Part shown: positions 18,501-27,890 of the stretch, in pieces
Numbering within the stretch: the first letter of the stretch is position 1
Layout of the letters: each line of letters starts with the position of its first letter
Source: Candidatus Methanoperedens sp.
GTDB lineage: Archaea; Halobacteriota; Methanosarcinia; Methanosarcinales; Methanoperedenaceae
Length of the DNA: 32,000 nt
Assembly: GCA_027460535.1 (NCBI GenBank)
Contig: JAPZAR010000021.1
Span: forward strand, 30,001-62,000
Reading direction: 5' to 3'
Position numbers and translations under genes: made by a program
Notes under the pieces: model-generated
Seen by the model: the letters and a program-made list of their open reading frames with translations, nothing else
What the model was told of the DNA's origin: nothing
Databases searched by the model: none

Positions 18501-21473
18501 ATTTAAATAAATATTATTGTTTGAAATAATATTATTGTTAGGACTTGAATGAGTTAAAATGCCAATACCATTGGAGAAAACATTATTATTTGAAATGTAG
18601 TTATTTGTTGTAGCTATATTTATTCCTGCATTGAAGTCAGCTTCGTATTCACCACCGCTATAAAAAAATAATTCACCACCACTATTGCTTGCATTAAATC
18701 CTTCAAGAGTAATTCCATTAGCAGAAAGTTTGATCGCACTACCAGTGCCACCAGCATCTACAATCGGCATTGTACCATCTGTTTTCTGACCCCGAAGGGT
18801 GAGTTGTTTGTTGATATCCACATTTTCTTGATACGTTCCACTATGCACTAAAATCATATCACCAATGTTCGCTGCATCAATAGCCGCTTGAATTCCGTTG
18901 TAATTGCAATTATTTTGGCAGACAGTAAGTGTCGCAGGATTCGGATTGGGCGACCCTATTACAAGATTTATGTTTGTCGTTTTTGTCTCTCCACCACCTG
19001 TTCCAACAATGACTACTGTATAAGATCCTCGTGGTGTTGTATTTGATGTAGTGATAGTTACTCTAGTAGCTTCATTAAGCATTGCCGGATTCTGAGAAAA
19101 TTTACAGGAAGTTCCTTCCGGTAATCCGGAACAGCTAAGCATAACAGGTGTAACAAAACTTCCTTGACTGATGAGATCAATTAATAGTGACATAAAACCA
19201 CCAATTGCAACAGACTGAGATGGTGATTCATAAAGTGAAAGAGTGAACGTTGGATCGTTGTCCAGAACTTGGTAATATTCCTCGTGCACCTCATTTCCAT
19301 TAGCATCTTTCCATGTCTTAGAAAGATCATAACTATCATAACCCCAACTATACCAGCTACCTGAACCATCATCTGCGGTAACATACATTGGAAATGAACT
19401 TAATCTGTCACTTGGACTGGTTAACTTTTTCGACATCCATGTATATTCTTGTTGGGAATCACAATATGAACTATCTTTATTTGGATCATAAGAGTAATCC
19501 CTTGTGCAGTTATACTTTATACTTGAATCATAATCCCTGCGGTCGCCGATATTTAAAATTTTATGTCCGGGGAGTTCAGGTGTCGCTCCAAATGACCACT
19601 GATAATAAGTTTCTCCGACTAATAAATAATATTCATCATATCCATCGCCGTCATAGTCTTTTATATGCCAGTTATTAGCACAATAAGGGCTATTAACTAC
19701 AGTTTTAAGATAGTAGCCCACATCAGTATTAGAGAGATCTTTCGAAAAATCCACACAATATGAAGGAATGCCCTGAATACTTGATCTTGTACTGAACTGC
19801 CAGCTATATGGTGACTGCAAATTATTATTTGCCAAATCCTTAACATTTGTTCCCACCGAAACAATATACGTTGCGTCATAATCAAGGTCTGAACTTGGAG
19901 TATAAGTCATGGTGTTGCTGTTCCAGTAAAAGCTTCCTGCAGTTGAAGGAGATATTGAAAAAGACGATTCGGCAGATGCATGATCTATTGCTTCACTGAA
20001 GGTGATGGTTATTGATGTATTTGCAGGAATATTGCTACCAGTCGGAGTATTATAAGTGATTGTCGGTGGAGTGGTGTCTGTTGGTGGAGGTTGTCCTAAC
20101 GATGCGCTAAAATCCATATGATCGCTATTATCAGCGGCATCGTTTGCCCAGTCGCTCCAGAAATAACCATTGTAAGCTCTTACATGCCAATGGTAATGCT
20201 TTCCATCAACTAAGCCCCCATTTATATATTCTGCAATTGAAGGTGTAATTTGAGAAGACTCTGGATTCGAAATAGTCTTTTCAAGAACAATCTTGGTGCC
20301 GTCAGTTTTCAAGCCGCTATCCTCCCAAACTCTAATTTGATAAGCTTTGATTTTATTTAAGGATATGTCACTTAAAGGAGGCCACCATCGATACGTGGGT
20401 GTTAAAGTATTGACATGAGAATCCATCTCTGGCTCTTGTAATATTGGTGTTTTTGGTATAAGATTTATCCTTCCTTTCCCATCCAATAGTGTTTCTTTTT
20501 CATCCTCGGTCAGGACGTCGATTGCTGTATCTTTCAGGATAGTTTCTGCTGTTGGTGCATTATTTCCCATCCTCTGTAAAAGTAAAAGTGCTCCAGCAAC
20601 ATGGGGCGCAGCAAAAGAACTTCCAGATATATAATTTTCATAGCCATTTTCCGAAGTATTTAATGTGTATATACTCTTACCTGGTGCTGCAAAATCTGGT
20701 TTCGCATAATCTGGGGGTACGATTTTAGGATTTTGTGGGCTGCCACCCAAAAATAAGTAATCATTAAAATCTTGAATAGAAGAGACACTAATTACCTTTA
20801 CACCAGTTGATGGTGATATAGGATACTTATCATCTTTATTTCCTGCTGCGGCAACGAAACTTGTATCACTGTCTACTTTATCTGATGCATACTGAGCGAT
20901 CTCGTCATAACAGCTACCCTGAAAAGAAGGGCAAATTGAGGTGACAATAACATTTGCACCATTATCTACGGCAAAATTAATTCCAGCTTCATAATCAATA
21001 AGACCCGTAATACCCTCAGCAGGCTTTATAATAATGAATTTTGCTTTTGGTGCAATTTCCCAAATAATCCCTGCAATTCCAGTTCCATGTCCTTCACTAT
21101 CATCAATACCGTAAATTGCATATGGACCACGAGAGGCAATTATATTTATTTTCCAATCAACAGGATTATTTTTACCGTCCATATTCACAATTGGGTGATC
21201 TATATCTATCCCTGAATCAATTATGGCTACAATTTTGCCCTCACCATAATTTCCCCATCCCCTTTCATGCATTTTGTCAAACCCAATATTTTCAATTCCC
21301 CAATTTTCTTTATTCATACAATCCCAATATGATTTTGGGTCGTTGTTTATTAAATCTGTACCGCATCTTATATCAGCAGCACTCGCTCCGCCAGCCAGCA
21401 ATAAGATTGCCAGTATTGTTATCCCAAAAACTATCCTAAGGACACGCTCTTTATTCTTTTTATTCTTAAACAT
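15546..21473 (-). CDS. Giant secreted S8 subtilisin-like protease fused to SbsA-type Ig, two NosD/PbH1 beta-helix modules, Big_2 Ig-like domains and further beta-rich domains
   Basis: I start at the ATG at 21473, which has GGTGG 5 nt upstream; the track's 21482 start is a GTG. The signal peptide is ILLLAGGASA|AD. The catalytic triad contexts are IIDSGIDIDHP, GHGTGIAG and SGSSFAAPHVAG. The beta-helix repeat regions are Asn-rich (NNN.I..N). Big_2-like segment: ITISPAMPSVAMGNTISFTAKDQNGNDIT. No C-terminal membrane anchor is visible. Confidence 0.9.
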   Translation of the reverse strand: MFKNKKNKERVLRIVFGITILAILLLAGGASAADIRCGTDLINNDPKSYWDCMNKENWGIENIGFDKMHERGWGNYGEGKIVAIIDSGIDIDHPIVNMDGKNNPVDWKINIIASRGPYAIYGIDDSEGHGTGIAGIIWEIAPKAKFIIIKPAEGITGLIDYEAGINFAVDNGANVIVTSICPSFQGSCYDEIAQYASDKVDSDTSFVAAAGNKDDKYPISPSTGVKVISVSSIQDFNDYLFLGGSPQNPKIVPPDYAKPDFAAPGKSIYTLNTSENGYENYISGSSFAAPHVAGALLLLQRMGNNAPTAETILKDTAIDVLTEDEKETLLDGKGRINLIPKTPILQEPEMDSHVNTLTPTYRWWPPLSDISLNKIKAYQIRVWEDSGLKTDGTKIVLEKTISNPESSQITPSIAEYINGGLVDGKHYHWHVRAYNGYFWSDWANDAADNSDHMDFSASLGQPPPTDTTPPTITYNTPTGSNIPANTSITITFSEAIDHASAESSFSISPSTAGSFYWNSNTMTYTPSSDLDYDATYIVSVGTNVKDLANNNLQSPYSWQFSTRSSIQGIPSYCVDFSKDLSNTDVGYYLKTVVNSPYCANNWHIKDYDGDGYDEYYLLVGETYYQWSFGATPELPGHKILNIGDRRDYDSSIKYNCTRDYSYDPNKDSSYCDSQQEYTWMSKKLTSPSDRLSSFPMYVTADDGSGSWYSWGYDSYDLSKTWKDANGNEVHEEYYQVLDNDPTFTLSLYESPSQSVAIGGFMSLLIDLISQGSFVTPVMLSCSGLPEGTSCKFSQNPAMLNEATRVTITTSNTTPRGSYTVVIVGTGGGETKTTNINLVIGSPNPNPATLTVCQNNCNYNGIQAAIDAANIGDMILVHSGTYQENVDINKQLTLRGQKTDGTMPIVDAGGTGSAIKLSANGITLEGFNASNSGGELFFYSGGEYEADFNAGINIATTNNYISNNNVFSNGIGILTHSSPNNNIISNNNIYLNNMGLFVGGGAYSQEGNIITGNNVYLNGLRRLECCQMGGIILLSNSNNIYQNNFFGNSENAIDNYGLSNNNWDNGIIGNHYSNFDENFEGCIDSDSNNICDSSYNIPSGNNPLDPNNVDRYPLVSLVLPTTPVIPTPITRTVCPSDCDYTRIQDALDAAYPGDTILVNSGTYHENADVNIPELILKGVDTGSGKPIVDAGGFGSPITISSNGITLEGFGVTNSEVNYDFNYAGIKVNSNNNKITNNDIFSNQNGVYLKSSRNNLINGNVYSNNREGIFLDGSDYNLISENIVISNGDGIYFYNSIENMIFKNILSANEAGIYLDSSNNNVIYQNNFLKDLVYSNGQNQWDYENIGNHYSNFDENFEGCIDSDDNNICDSSYNIQEGSDVDRYPLVSFKMPYEQKLTSLTLSPTTEEVQDYGVIFAGYNWDFFAMPKDQFGVIMELPVTWIISDPTVGTIEPITDTFYSGAKFTATGTGTAIITARSGSLTEGVNVTVSSSITTITISPAMPSVAMGNTISFTAKDQNGNDITSIVTWSSSNSSLGTFDMGQGIFFAYTFSPGITTITARNGEVSGSVSLSVIEPSGFHIESITGKGTVFLQSSAGTIQDMIAVDPNSILEQPPIEANLYYGLFRFNITGINLGGSITLTMTFPEYLPDGTTYWKYGENHNTHWYTIPSSINGNTITITLTDGGLGDDDLTANGIIIDDGGPSIPQIATSDTVSPITTAVLSGSIGNNGWYISDVRMNLTATDNLGGSGVNWIEYSLDNATWIRYTAPFNISSEGISTIYYCSTDNAGNVELIKSQTIKIDKTPPEAAIRFDISLKDFRVYNVETGNDTNYIILPSKKENKDKKEQKDQNEKAWERRQYALRDIANNSLTLILRHKKEGKEAEIEVISTQYNAGTVSNIAMNRDQVEYTEEKGLLNELEQEIEVKKLFDAKAKFSGKKDQTEISVKIEGKKEQKVTPSGIVLLELMTDIGSLKVEY
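17316..18092 (-). repeat. Intragenic tandem module 2 (NosD-like beta-helix module, ~259 aa)
   Basis: Runs from ITRTVCPSDCDYTRIQDALDAA...PIVDAGGFGSPITISSNGITLEGF to NHYSNFDENFEGCIDSDDNNICDSSYNI...VDRYPLVS. It is collinear with module 1. Confidence 0.85.
18120..18938 (-). repeat. Intragenic tandem module 1 (NosD-like beta-helix module, ~273 aa)
   Basis: Runs from ATLTVCQNNCNYNGIQAAIDAA...PIVDAGGTGSAIKLSANGITLEGF to NHYSNFDENFEGCIDSDSNNICDSSYNI...VDRYPLVS. An ~88-nt block (18182-18269) is roughly 90% identical by eye to 17352-17439. Confidence 0.85.
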
Positions 21474-21846
21474 CTTTCCCACCTATCCATTGATGCATGA
21501 TTACTTCTCTTTGAGCAAGTCACTCATCTTATGTTACCCGTGTAAATCGTAATTCTATAAATAAATTGTGAAATTAATGGCTCTTCTATATTTCAACCCT
21601 AATATCTCGTTCTATAGCAACAAAGAGATTGATTTTTGACGATGTCTGTATCAGAATATACTTTTGCTCACGGAAGTCGTTATTATAGCTGTTATCTGTA
21701 TAGCCAGCATCATCGCCTAATTTCATCATCGAGATTTCCATTTTTCCATTTCTCTCAGTATGATAGAGTTAATAGAAAATGAAAAAGATTATCATTTCAG
21801 ACGAAGTGTAAGATATACGAACCAAGTTCGGACATAGATGGGTTGA

Positions 21847-23418
21847 ATGGCAAAAACAAACGGAAATGGTGAGAAAGTAAAATCCATGGAAAGCTGGATC
21901 TGGGATGCAGCTTGCAGTATAAGAGGTGCAGCTGATGCGGCTAAGTTCAAAGATTACATTCTTCCATTAATATTTATAAAACGATTGTGTGATGTGTTTG
22001 ACGATGAGATTGACCGCATTGCAGAAAAAGTAAAAAGCAGAACCAAAGCCCTGCACTTAGTGGAACGGGATAAATCAATAGTGCGTTTTTACATACCCAT
22101 TAAGCCCAAAGACCCTGAAAAGGAAAGAACATGGGATGTGATTAGAAAGCTGTCTGATAAAATTGGACAGCAACTCACCGATATTCTTCGTGAGGTAGCT
22201 AAAGAGAACAAAGACCTGCAAGGAATCATTGACCGTGTTGACTTCAACGCCACCACGCACGGGCAGCGTGATATTGATGATGACCGATTGAGCAAACTAA
22301 TTGAAAAAGTTTCTGAAAAGCGATTGGGATTGAAAGATGTAGAGCCGGATATAATCGGGCGCAGTTACGAGTACCTGATACGAAAGTTCGCCGAAGGAAG
22401 CGGACAGAGCGCCGGGGAGTTCTACACGCCAACAGAAGTGGGTTTCATCATAGCGAAGATCATGGATGCTGAGCCCGGCATGGAAATTTATGACCCATGC
22501 TGCGGAAGCGGCGGTCTGCTTATTAAATGCGAGATGGTAATGGAAGAAAAGATGGCGCTGCGCTCTAAAGAGAAGTATGCGCCGCTTCAATTACATGGAC
22601 AGGAATTTATTGCATCTACGTGGGCAATGAGTAAAATGAACATGGTAATACATGACATGGAGGGCGAAATTGAAATCGGCGACACTCTAAAAAATCCCAT
22701 CTTCAAAACCGCTGGCAAACTAAGAAAGTTTGACCGTGTTGTTGCCAATCCCATGTGGAACCAGGGCAAAGACAGCTTATCCTATATAAATGATGATTTT
22801 TTTATCAATGATGAAATGGAACGCTTCCCCGCAGGTCCTTGCGGAGGCAAGATTGACTGGGGCTGGGTGCAGCATATATACAGCAGCCTGAACGATAAAG
22901 GTAGAGGAGGCGTTGTACTTGATACTGGAGCCGCCAGCCGGGGCAGCGGCAACCAGGGGAGCAATAAAGAAAAGGAGTGCCGCAAATGGTTTGTTGAGCA
23001 TGACCTGATTGAAGGGGTTATCTACCTGCCTGAAAATCTGTTTTACAATACCTCTGCGCCAGGAATTATCATTTTCCTGAACAAAGCCAAAAAGCACAAG
23101 AACAAAATTTTCCTTTTACATGCAGGCAAGGAGTTTGAAAAGGGCGATCCCAAGAACTATATCACAAAGGAAGGGATCGAGCGCATTTCTGAGACCTATA
23201 AAGCCTTTAAAGAAGTTGAAAAATTTTCCCGGCTGGTGGGTAAAGATGAAATTGTTAAGAATGATTACAATATTTCGCCCAGCCGCTACATACAGGTTAA
23301 TGATGCCTACGCCTACCGTCCCATTGAAGAGATTGTGGAGGAACTTCGCGAACAGGAAAATGAGTATGTCACCATTGATGTCGAAGTGAAAAGCATTTTA
23401 GCAAAATTGGGGATATGA
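21847..23418 (+). CDS. hsdM: Type I restriction-modification system, N6-adenine DNA methyltransferase subunit
   Basis: HsdM_N-type N-terminus WIWDAACSIRGAADAAKFKDYILPLIFIKRL, then EFYTPTEV, the AdoMet motif I DPCCGSGGLL and motif IV ANPMWN. Confidence 0.9.
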   Translation: MAKTNGNGEKVKSMESWIWDAACSIRGAADAAKFKDYILPLIFIKRLCDVFDDEIDRIAEKVKSRTKALHLVERDKSIVRFYIPIKPKDPEKERTWDVIRKLSDKIGQQLTDILREVAKENKDLQGIIDRVDFNATTHGQRDIDDDRLSKLIEKVSEKRLGLKDVEPDIIGRSYEYLIRKFAEGSGQSAGEFYTPTEVGFIIAKIMDAEPGMEIYDPCCGSGGLLIKCEMVMEEKMALRSKEKYAPLQLHGQEFIASTWAMSKMNMVIHDMEGEIEIGDTLKNPIFKTAGKLRKFDRVVANPMWNQGKDSLSYINDDFFINDEMERFPAGPCGGKIDWGWVQHIYSSLNDKGRGGVVLDTGAASRGSGNQGSNKEKECRKWFVEHDLIEGVIYLPENLFYNTSAPGIIIFLNKAKKHKNKIFLLHAGKEFEKGDPKNYITKEGIERISETYKAFKEVEKFSRLVGKDEIVKNDYNISPSRYIQVNDAYAYRPIEEIVEELREQENEYVTIDVEVKSILAKLGI

Positions 23419-24605
23419 TGGAAGGCTGGAAAGAAACTGAGGTCGATAAAAATCCAGTAAATTGGGAAATGGTGCTTTTCCCTAAGTTTGTTATTCTTCA
23501 AAGAGGCAAGGATTTAACAAAGGTTAATTTTAAAACTGGAAATGTTCCGGTTGCTGGATCAAGTGGAATAATTGGATACCACGATACAAGTTTTGTGAAA
23601 GCACCAGGAGTAACAGTTGGGAGAAGTGGTTCCTGTGGTCAAGTTTGTTATTACGAAACTGATTTTTGGGCTCACAATACTTCACTATATGTTAAAGACT
23701 TCAATGGAAATGATGAGCTATTCTCATACTTTTATTTAAGTTATCTTGATATTGGAAGGTATAAAACAGGGGTTTCTGTTCCTACTTTAGATAGAAATTC
23801 ATTAAATAATATCAAAATCCCTCTTCCTCCCCTCCCCGAACAACGCAAAATCGCCCATGTATTAAGCACGGTGCAAAAAGCCATTGAGCAGCAGGACAAT
23901 CTCATATGCACCACCAACGAGCTAAAAAAAGCTCTCATGCAAAAACTTTTTACCGAAGGCACCAGAGGCGAACCCCAAAGAAAAACCGAAATCGGGTTGG
24001 TGCCGGAGAGTTGGGAGGTTGTGAGGATTGGGGATATGTATGAGTTTACTTCAAAACCGAGAGGGTTAGACATTGGAAGCCCTGTTCCTTTTATCCCAAT
24101 GGACTTGGTGCCGTTCAATGAATTGGAGATTAATAAATATGTGCTTCGGGATAAGGTTTCAAGCGGAACATATGTAGAGAATGGAGATTTACTTCTTGCC
24201 AAGATAACTCCTTCATTTGAAAATGGCAAGCAAGGTTTTGTTTCCATTGATAAACCATTTGCCTATGCAACTACTGAAGTTATTCCAATAAAGGAAAAAC
24301 AAGGTTTAAGCGATAAATTCTACCTATATTATTTCCTTCTAAAAGATGATATCAGGTCACAGTTAACGGGTAAAATGGAAGGTTCCACAGGCAGGCAAAG
24401 ATTGAGTAAAACAGTTTTGGAAGAAACACTTATCCCAAAACCTTCATTATCTGAGCAGATTGAAATTGCAAAAATGTATATTTCATTCGATAAGAAAATA
24501 TCTTTTTGTAACAGCAAAAAACAAACCCTCACCGCCCTATTCAAAACCCTCCTCCACGAGCTGATGACCGGGCAGCGCAGGGTGCATGAGATGGAGTTCA
24601 AGTAA
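23415..24605 (+). CDS. hsdS: Type I restriction-modification system, specificity subunit
   Basis: The start overlaps the hsdM stop (ATGATG/TGA). Two target-recognition halves are separated by the conserved spacer LPPLPEQRKIAHVLSTVQKAIEQQ, and the C-terminal conserved helix is LFKTLLHELMTGQRRV. Confidence 0.9.
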   Translation: MMEGWKETEVDKNPVNWEMVLFPKFVILQRGKDLTKVNFKTGNVPVAGSSGIIGYHDTSFVKAPGVTVGRSGSCGQVCYYETDFWAHNTSLYVKDFNGNDELFSYFYLSYLDIGRYKTGVSVPTLDRNSLNNIKIPLPPLPEQRKIAHVLSTVQKAIEQQDNLICTTNELKKALMQKLFTEGTRGEPQRKTEIGLVPESWEVVRIGDMYEFTSKPRGLDIGSPVPFIPMDLVPFNELEINKYVLRDKVSSGTYVENGDLLLAKITPSFENGKQGFVSIDKPFAYATTEVIPIKEKQGLSDKFYLYYFLLKDDIRSQLTGKMEGSTGRQRLSKTVLEETLIPKPSLSEQIEIAKMYISFDKKISFCNSKKQTLTALFKTLLHELMTGQRRVHEMEFK

Positions 24606-24688
24606 TAGCGGATTTCCAGTTCTTTTATAAAAGACAATCAATGGTCTTTATATGACTAAAGAGATAATAATAGATAAGGTGGAAAACT

Positions 24689-24937
24689 ATGAAAGCGGAA
24701 AAATTGCTTGAACGCATAACTCTTAACCCAGATGTTATGACAGGAAAACCTGTAATCAAGGGGACAAGACTTACGGTGCAGTTTATCGTGGGATTATTAG
24801 CGCATGGCGCTTCTGTGGAGGAAATCCTTGAAGAATACAAAGGATTAACCAGGGAAGATATAAGAGCATGTTTGCTTTTTGCAACAGAATCCCTTGAAAA
24901 CATTACATTTATGCCTTTGACAGCAGAGGCTTGTTAG
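24689..24937 (+). CDS. DUF433 domain protein (antitoxin-like HTH), embedded between hsdS and hsdR
   Basis: ITLNPDVMTGKPVIKGTRLTVQFIVGLLAHGASVEEILEEYKGLTREDIRACLLFA is a full-length match to the DUF433 pattern as I remember it. Confidence 0.8.
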   Translation: MKAEKLLERITLNPDVMTGKPVIKGTRLTVQFIVGLLAHGASVEEILEEYKGLTREDIRACLLFATESLENITFMPLTAEAC

Positions 24938-24959
24938 ATGCGGTTTTTTGAAAAAGAAA

Positions 24960-27890
24960 ATGACAGCGCCCAAACCAACAGAACATAAAAGCGTCCAAGC
25001 TCGTATACTAAAATATGCACAGGAAATCGGCTGGAGGTATGTCTCGCAAAGCGAAGCCGAGCAGCGCAGAGGTTTTGATCCATCCGGCGCTTCTCCGAGA
25101 GAGAAAGCCAAAAACGCTTCCCGCTTTTTTACCGATACTTTATTTGAAAAGGTAAAAGACTTTAATCCAAAGTTCAAAGACAGCAAAGAAGAACTCCTTC
25201 GCAAACTCAATTTGCCTTTGCCAACCATCGCGGGCAACCGGGATTTTTTACAGCATCTTCAGGGAGAAAAAACGTTCTTCAGCAAAGAGGAAAACCGTGA
25301 ATTTAACCTTGTGCTGATAAACTATGGCGAGCCAGACAAAAATGTGTATGAAGTAACCGAAGAATATTATCTTTTCAATGGGCAGTATGCCAATCGGGAG
25401 GATGTTGCATTTCTCATCAATGGCATTCCGGTTCTTGTAATCGAATGTAAAAACGCCACCAAAGACGAAGCCATTGCAATAGGTATAGACCAGATCAGAC
25501 GCTATCACCGTGAGACGCCGGAGTTTTTTTGTCCAGAGCAGATTTTCACAGCCACTGAAAGCATTGGTTTTTCGTATGGCGTAACATGGAACCTCATCAG
25601 AAGAAATATTTTTAACTGGAAAGAAGAAGAAATCGGCAATCTGGAAGTAAAAATTAAATCCTTCTGCGGCAGGCAGAATATTCTTGATTACTTGAAAAAA
25701 TTCATTATTTTTGCAGAGCAAAATGAAGAGCTGAATAAATACATTTTAGCTCAACACCAGAAAACAGCAGTAACAAAAGTATTAGAACGGGCAATCGACC
25801 CGAAAAAGACAAGAGGTTTAGTATGGCATACGCAGGGAAGCGGCAAAACCTTTACTATGATAAAAATAGCTGAACTGCTGTTTAAAGCCCCCGAAGCCGA
25901 AAAACCCACCATTCTCTTGTTGATCGACCGCAATGAACTGGAAGACCAGATGGCCAGAAATCTTGAATCGTTGGGTGTAAAAAATGTAGTACAGGCAGAG
26001 CATATAAGAGACTTGCAAAAATTGCTGAAAAATGATTATAGAGGAATAATAGTCAGTATGATGCATAAATTCCAGGATATGCCTGCTGATGTCAATCTTC
26101 GCAAAAACATTTATGTGCTGATTGATGAAGCGCACCGAACCACAGGAGGAGATTTAGGAACATATCTGATGGCTGCCGTCCCGAATGCTACTTTAATAGG
26201 ATTTACAGGCACGCCGGTTGATAAAACAGTTCATGGTAAAGGAACATTCAAGACCTTTGGCCTTGAAGACGAATCTGGTTATCTGCATAAATATTCCATT
26301 GCAGAAAGCATTGAAGATTATACAACATTGCCCCTGTTTTATGGGATGGCTCCAAATGAGCTTTTAGTCCCCAGGGATATTTTGGAAAAAGAGTTTTTGA
26401 ACCTGGCGGAAGCTTATGGGGTAAGCGACATCGAAGAATTGAATAAAATCCTGGAACGTGCTGTTAATACCCGCAACTTTTTGAAAGGAAAGGAACGGGT
26501 AGAAAAGGTGGCTGAATACGTGGCAAGTCATTACAAAGAAAATGTCGAGCCAATGGGCTATAAGGCATTTTTAGTTGGAGTTGACCGTCCAGCATGTGCC
26601 ATGTATAAAAAGGCGTTAGATAAGTTTCTGCCCACGGAATATTCGGAAGTAGTTTACACCGGCAACAACAACGACACAGAAGACCTAAAGAAATATCACA
26701 TTGACACTAAAAAAGAAAAGGAAATTAGAAAGAAGTTCACCAAAATCGGAGAACTGCCCAAGATCCTGATCGTTACGGAAAAACTTTTGACAGGTTTTGA
26801 TGCACCGATTTTGTACGCCATGTATCTGGACAAACCAATGCGTGACCATACCCTTCTTCAAGCCATTGCAAGGGTAAACAGACCATATGAGAACGAAGAA
26901 AAGGATATGAAAAAGCCTCATGGTTTTGTCCTGGACTTTGTAGGCATATTTGACAAACTTGAAAAAGCACTCGCATTTGATAGCAAAGAAATCAATTCGA
27001 TAATAAAGGATATTCAACTGCTGAAACACCTGTTCAAGGCAAAGATGGAAGAAAAAGTTCCTCCTTACTTACAACTGATTAAATTTGGTTTTAACGACAA
27101 AGACACAGATAATCTCATTGCATACTTTAGAGATAAATCCAAAAGAAAAGAATTTTTCAAATTATACAAAGAGGTGGAAATGCTATATGAAATCATTTCA
27201 CCTGATAAATTCTTAAGACCATACATTGACAATTACACTACGCTTTCTGCTATTTACCAAATCGTAAGAAATGCCTATGCAAAAAGAGTCCAGGTTGACA
27301 GGGAGTTCCAGAGAAAAACAAATGAATTGATCCAGAATAAAATAGGCATGAGCAATTTGCAGCAGGTTAATGAATTCTTTGAGATTAACGAAGAAACGAT
27401 TAAAAAAATACAAGATACTCAGAAAAATGACAATACACGGGTAATCAACTTAGTAAAGAGTATTGAAAGAATTGCTGAAGAAGAATCTGATGACCCATTT
27501 CTAATTGGTTTGCAGGAAAGAGCTGCCCAAGTAGAAGAAAGCTATGAGGACAGGCAAATTACCACGCAGGAAGCATTAGAAGAAATCAGAAAGATTTATG
27601 AAGATGACATAAAACGGAAAAAAGAACAGGTAGAGAAGGGCTTTGATGGCCTAACTTTCTTCATTTACAGAACACTGCTCGACAAAGATTTCAAAAAGGC
27701 GGATGAAATAACCAAGCAAATTAAAGCAGAGTTTGTTAATAATCCGAACTGGAAATCAAGCGAAAAGGAATTGAGAGATCTGAGAAAAGGAACATATTAC
27801 GCTGTGCTTAGCGAAGAAGAGAATATTGACAGAGCTGCTGCAATTGTAGAAGATTTATTTAATCAGTTATTCAAAGCCTACAACTTATGA
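24960..27890 (+). CDS. hsdR: Type I restriction-modification system, restriction (helicase/endonuclease) subunit
   Basis: Motif I is VWHTQGSGKTFTM, motif II is LIDEAHRTTGG, followed by GFTGTP and QAIARVNRP. I prefer the ATG at 24960 (MTAPKP) to the TTG at 24948 used by the ORF track. Confidence 0.9.
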   Translation: MTAPKPTEHKSVQARILKYAQEIGWRYVSQSEAEQRRGFDPSGASPREKAKNASRFFTDTLFEKVKDFNPKFKDSKEELLRKLNLPLPTIAGNRDFLQHLQGEKTFFSKEENREFNLVLINYGEPDKNVYEVTEEYYLFNGQYANREDVAFLINGIPVLVIECKNATKDEAIAIGIDQIRRYHRETPEFFCPEQIFTATESIGFSYGVTWNLIRRNIFNWKEEEIGNLEVKIKSFCGRQNILDYLKKFIIFAEQNEELNKYILAQHQKTAVTKVLERAIDPKKTRGLVWHTQGSGKTFTMIKIAELLFKAPEAEKPTILLLIDRNELEDQMARNLESLGVKNVVQAEHIRDLQKLLKNDYRGIIVSMMHKFQDMPADVNLRKNIYVLIDEAHRTTGGDLGTYLMAAVPNATLIGFTGTPVDKTVHGKGTFKTFGLEDESGYLHKYSIAESIEDYTTLPLFYGMAPNELLVPRDILEKEFLNLAEAYGVSDIEELNKILERAVNTRNFLKGKERVEKVAEYVASHYKENVEPMGYKAFLVGVDRPACAMYKKALDKFLPTEYSEVVYTGNNNDTEDLKKYHIDTKKEKEIRKKFTKIGELPKILIVTEKLLTGFDAPILYAMYLDKPMRDHTLLQAIARVNRPYENEEKDMKKPHGFVLDFVGIFDKLEKALAFDSKEINSIIKDIQLLKHLFKAKMEEKVPPYLQLIKFGFNDKDTDNLIAYFRDKSKRKEFFKLYKEVEMLYEIISPDKFLRPYIDNYTTLSAIYQIVRNAYAKRVQVDREFQRKTNELIQNKIGMSNLQQVNEFFEINEETIKKIQDTQKNDNTRVINLVKSIERIAEEESDDPFLIGLQERAAQVEESYEDRQITTQEALEEIRKIYEDDIKRKKEQVEKGFDGLTFFIYRTLLDKDFKKADEITKQIKAEFVNNPNWKSSEKELRDLRKGTYYAVLSEEENIDRAAAIVEDLFNQLFKAYNL

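Noticed and set aside
21483-21846. 364-bp gene-free AT-rich interval between the protease and hsdM, checked for an RNA gene or mobile-element end; it contains a 51-codon minus-strand ORF (about 21588-21742)
   Set aside because: I could see no tRNA-like structure, inverted terminal repeats or copy of the GC-rich repeat. It is most simply a divergent promoter region, and the small ORF has no support.
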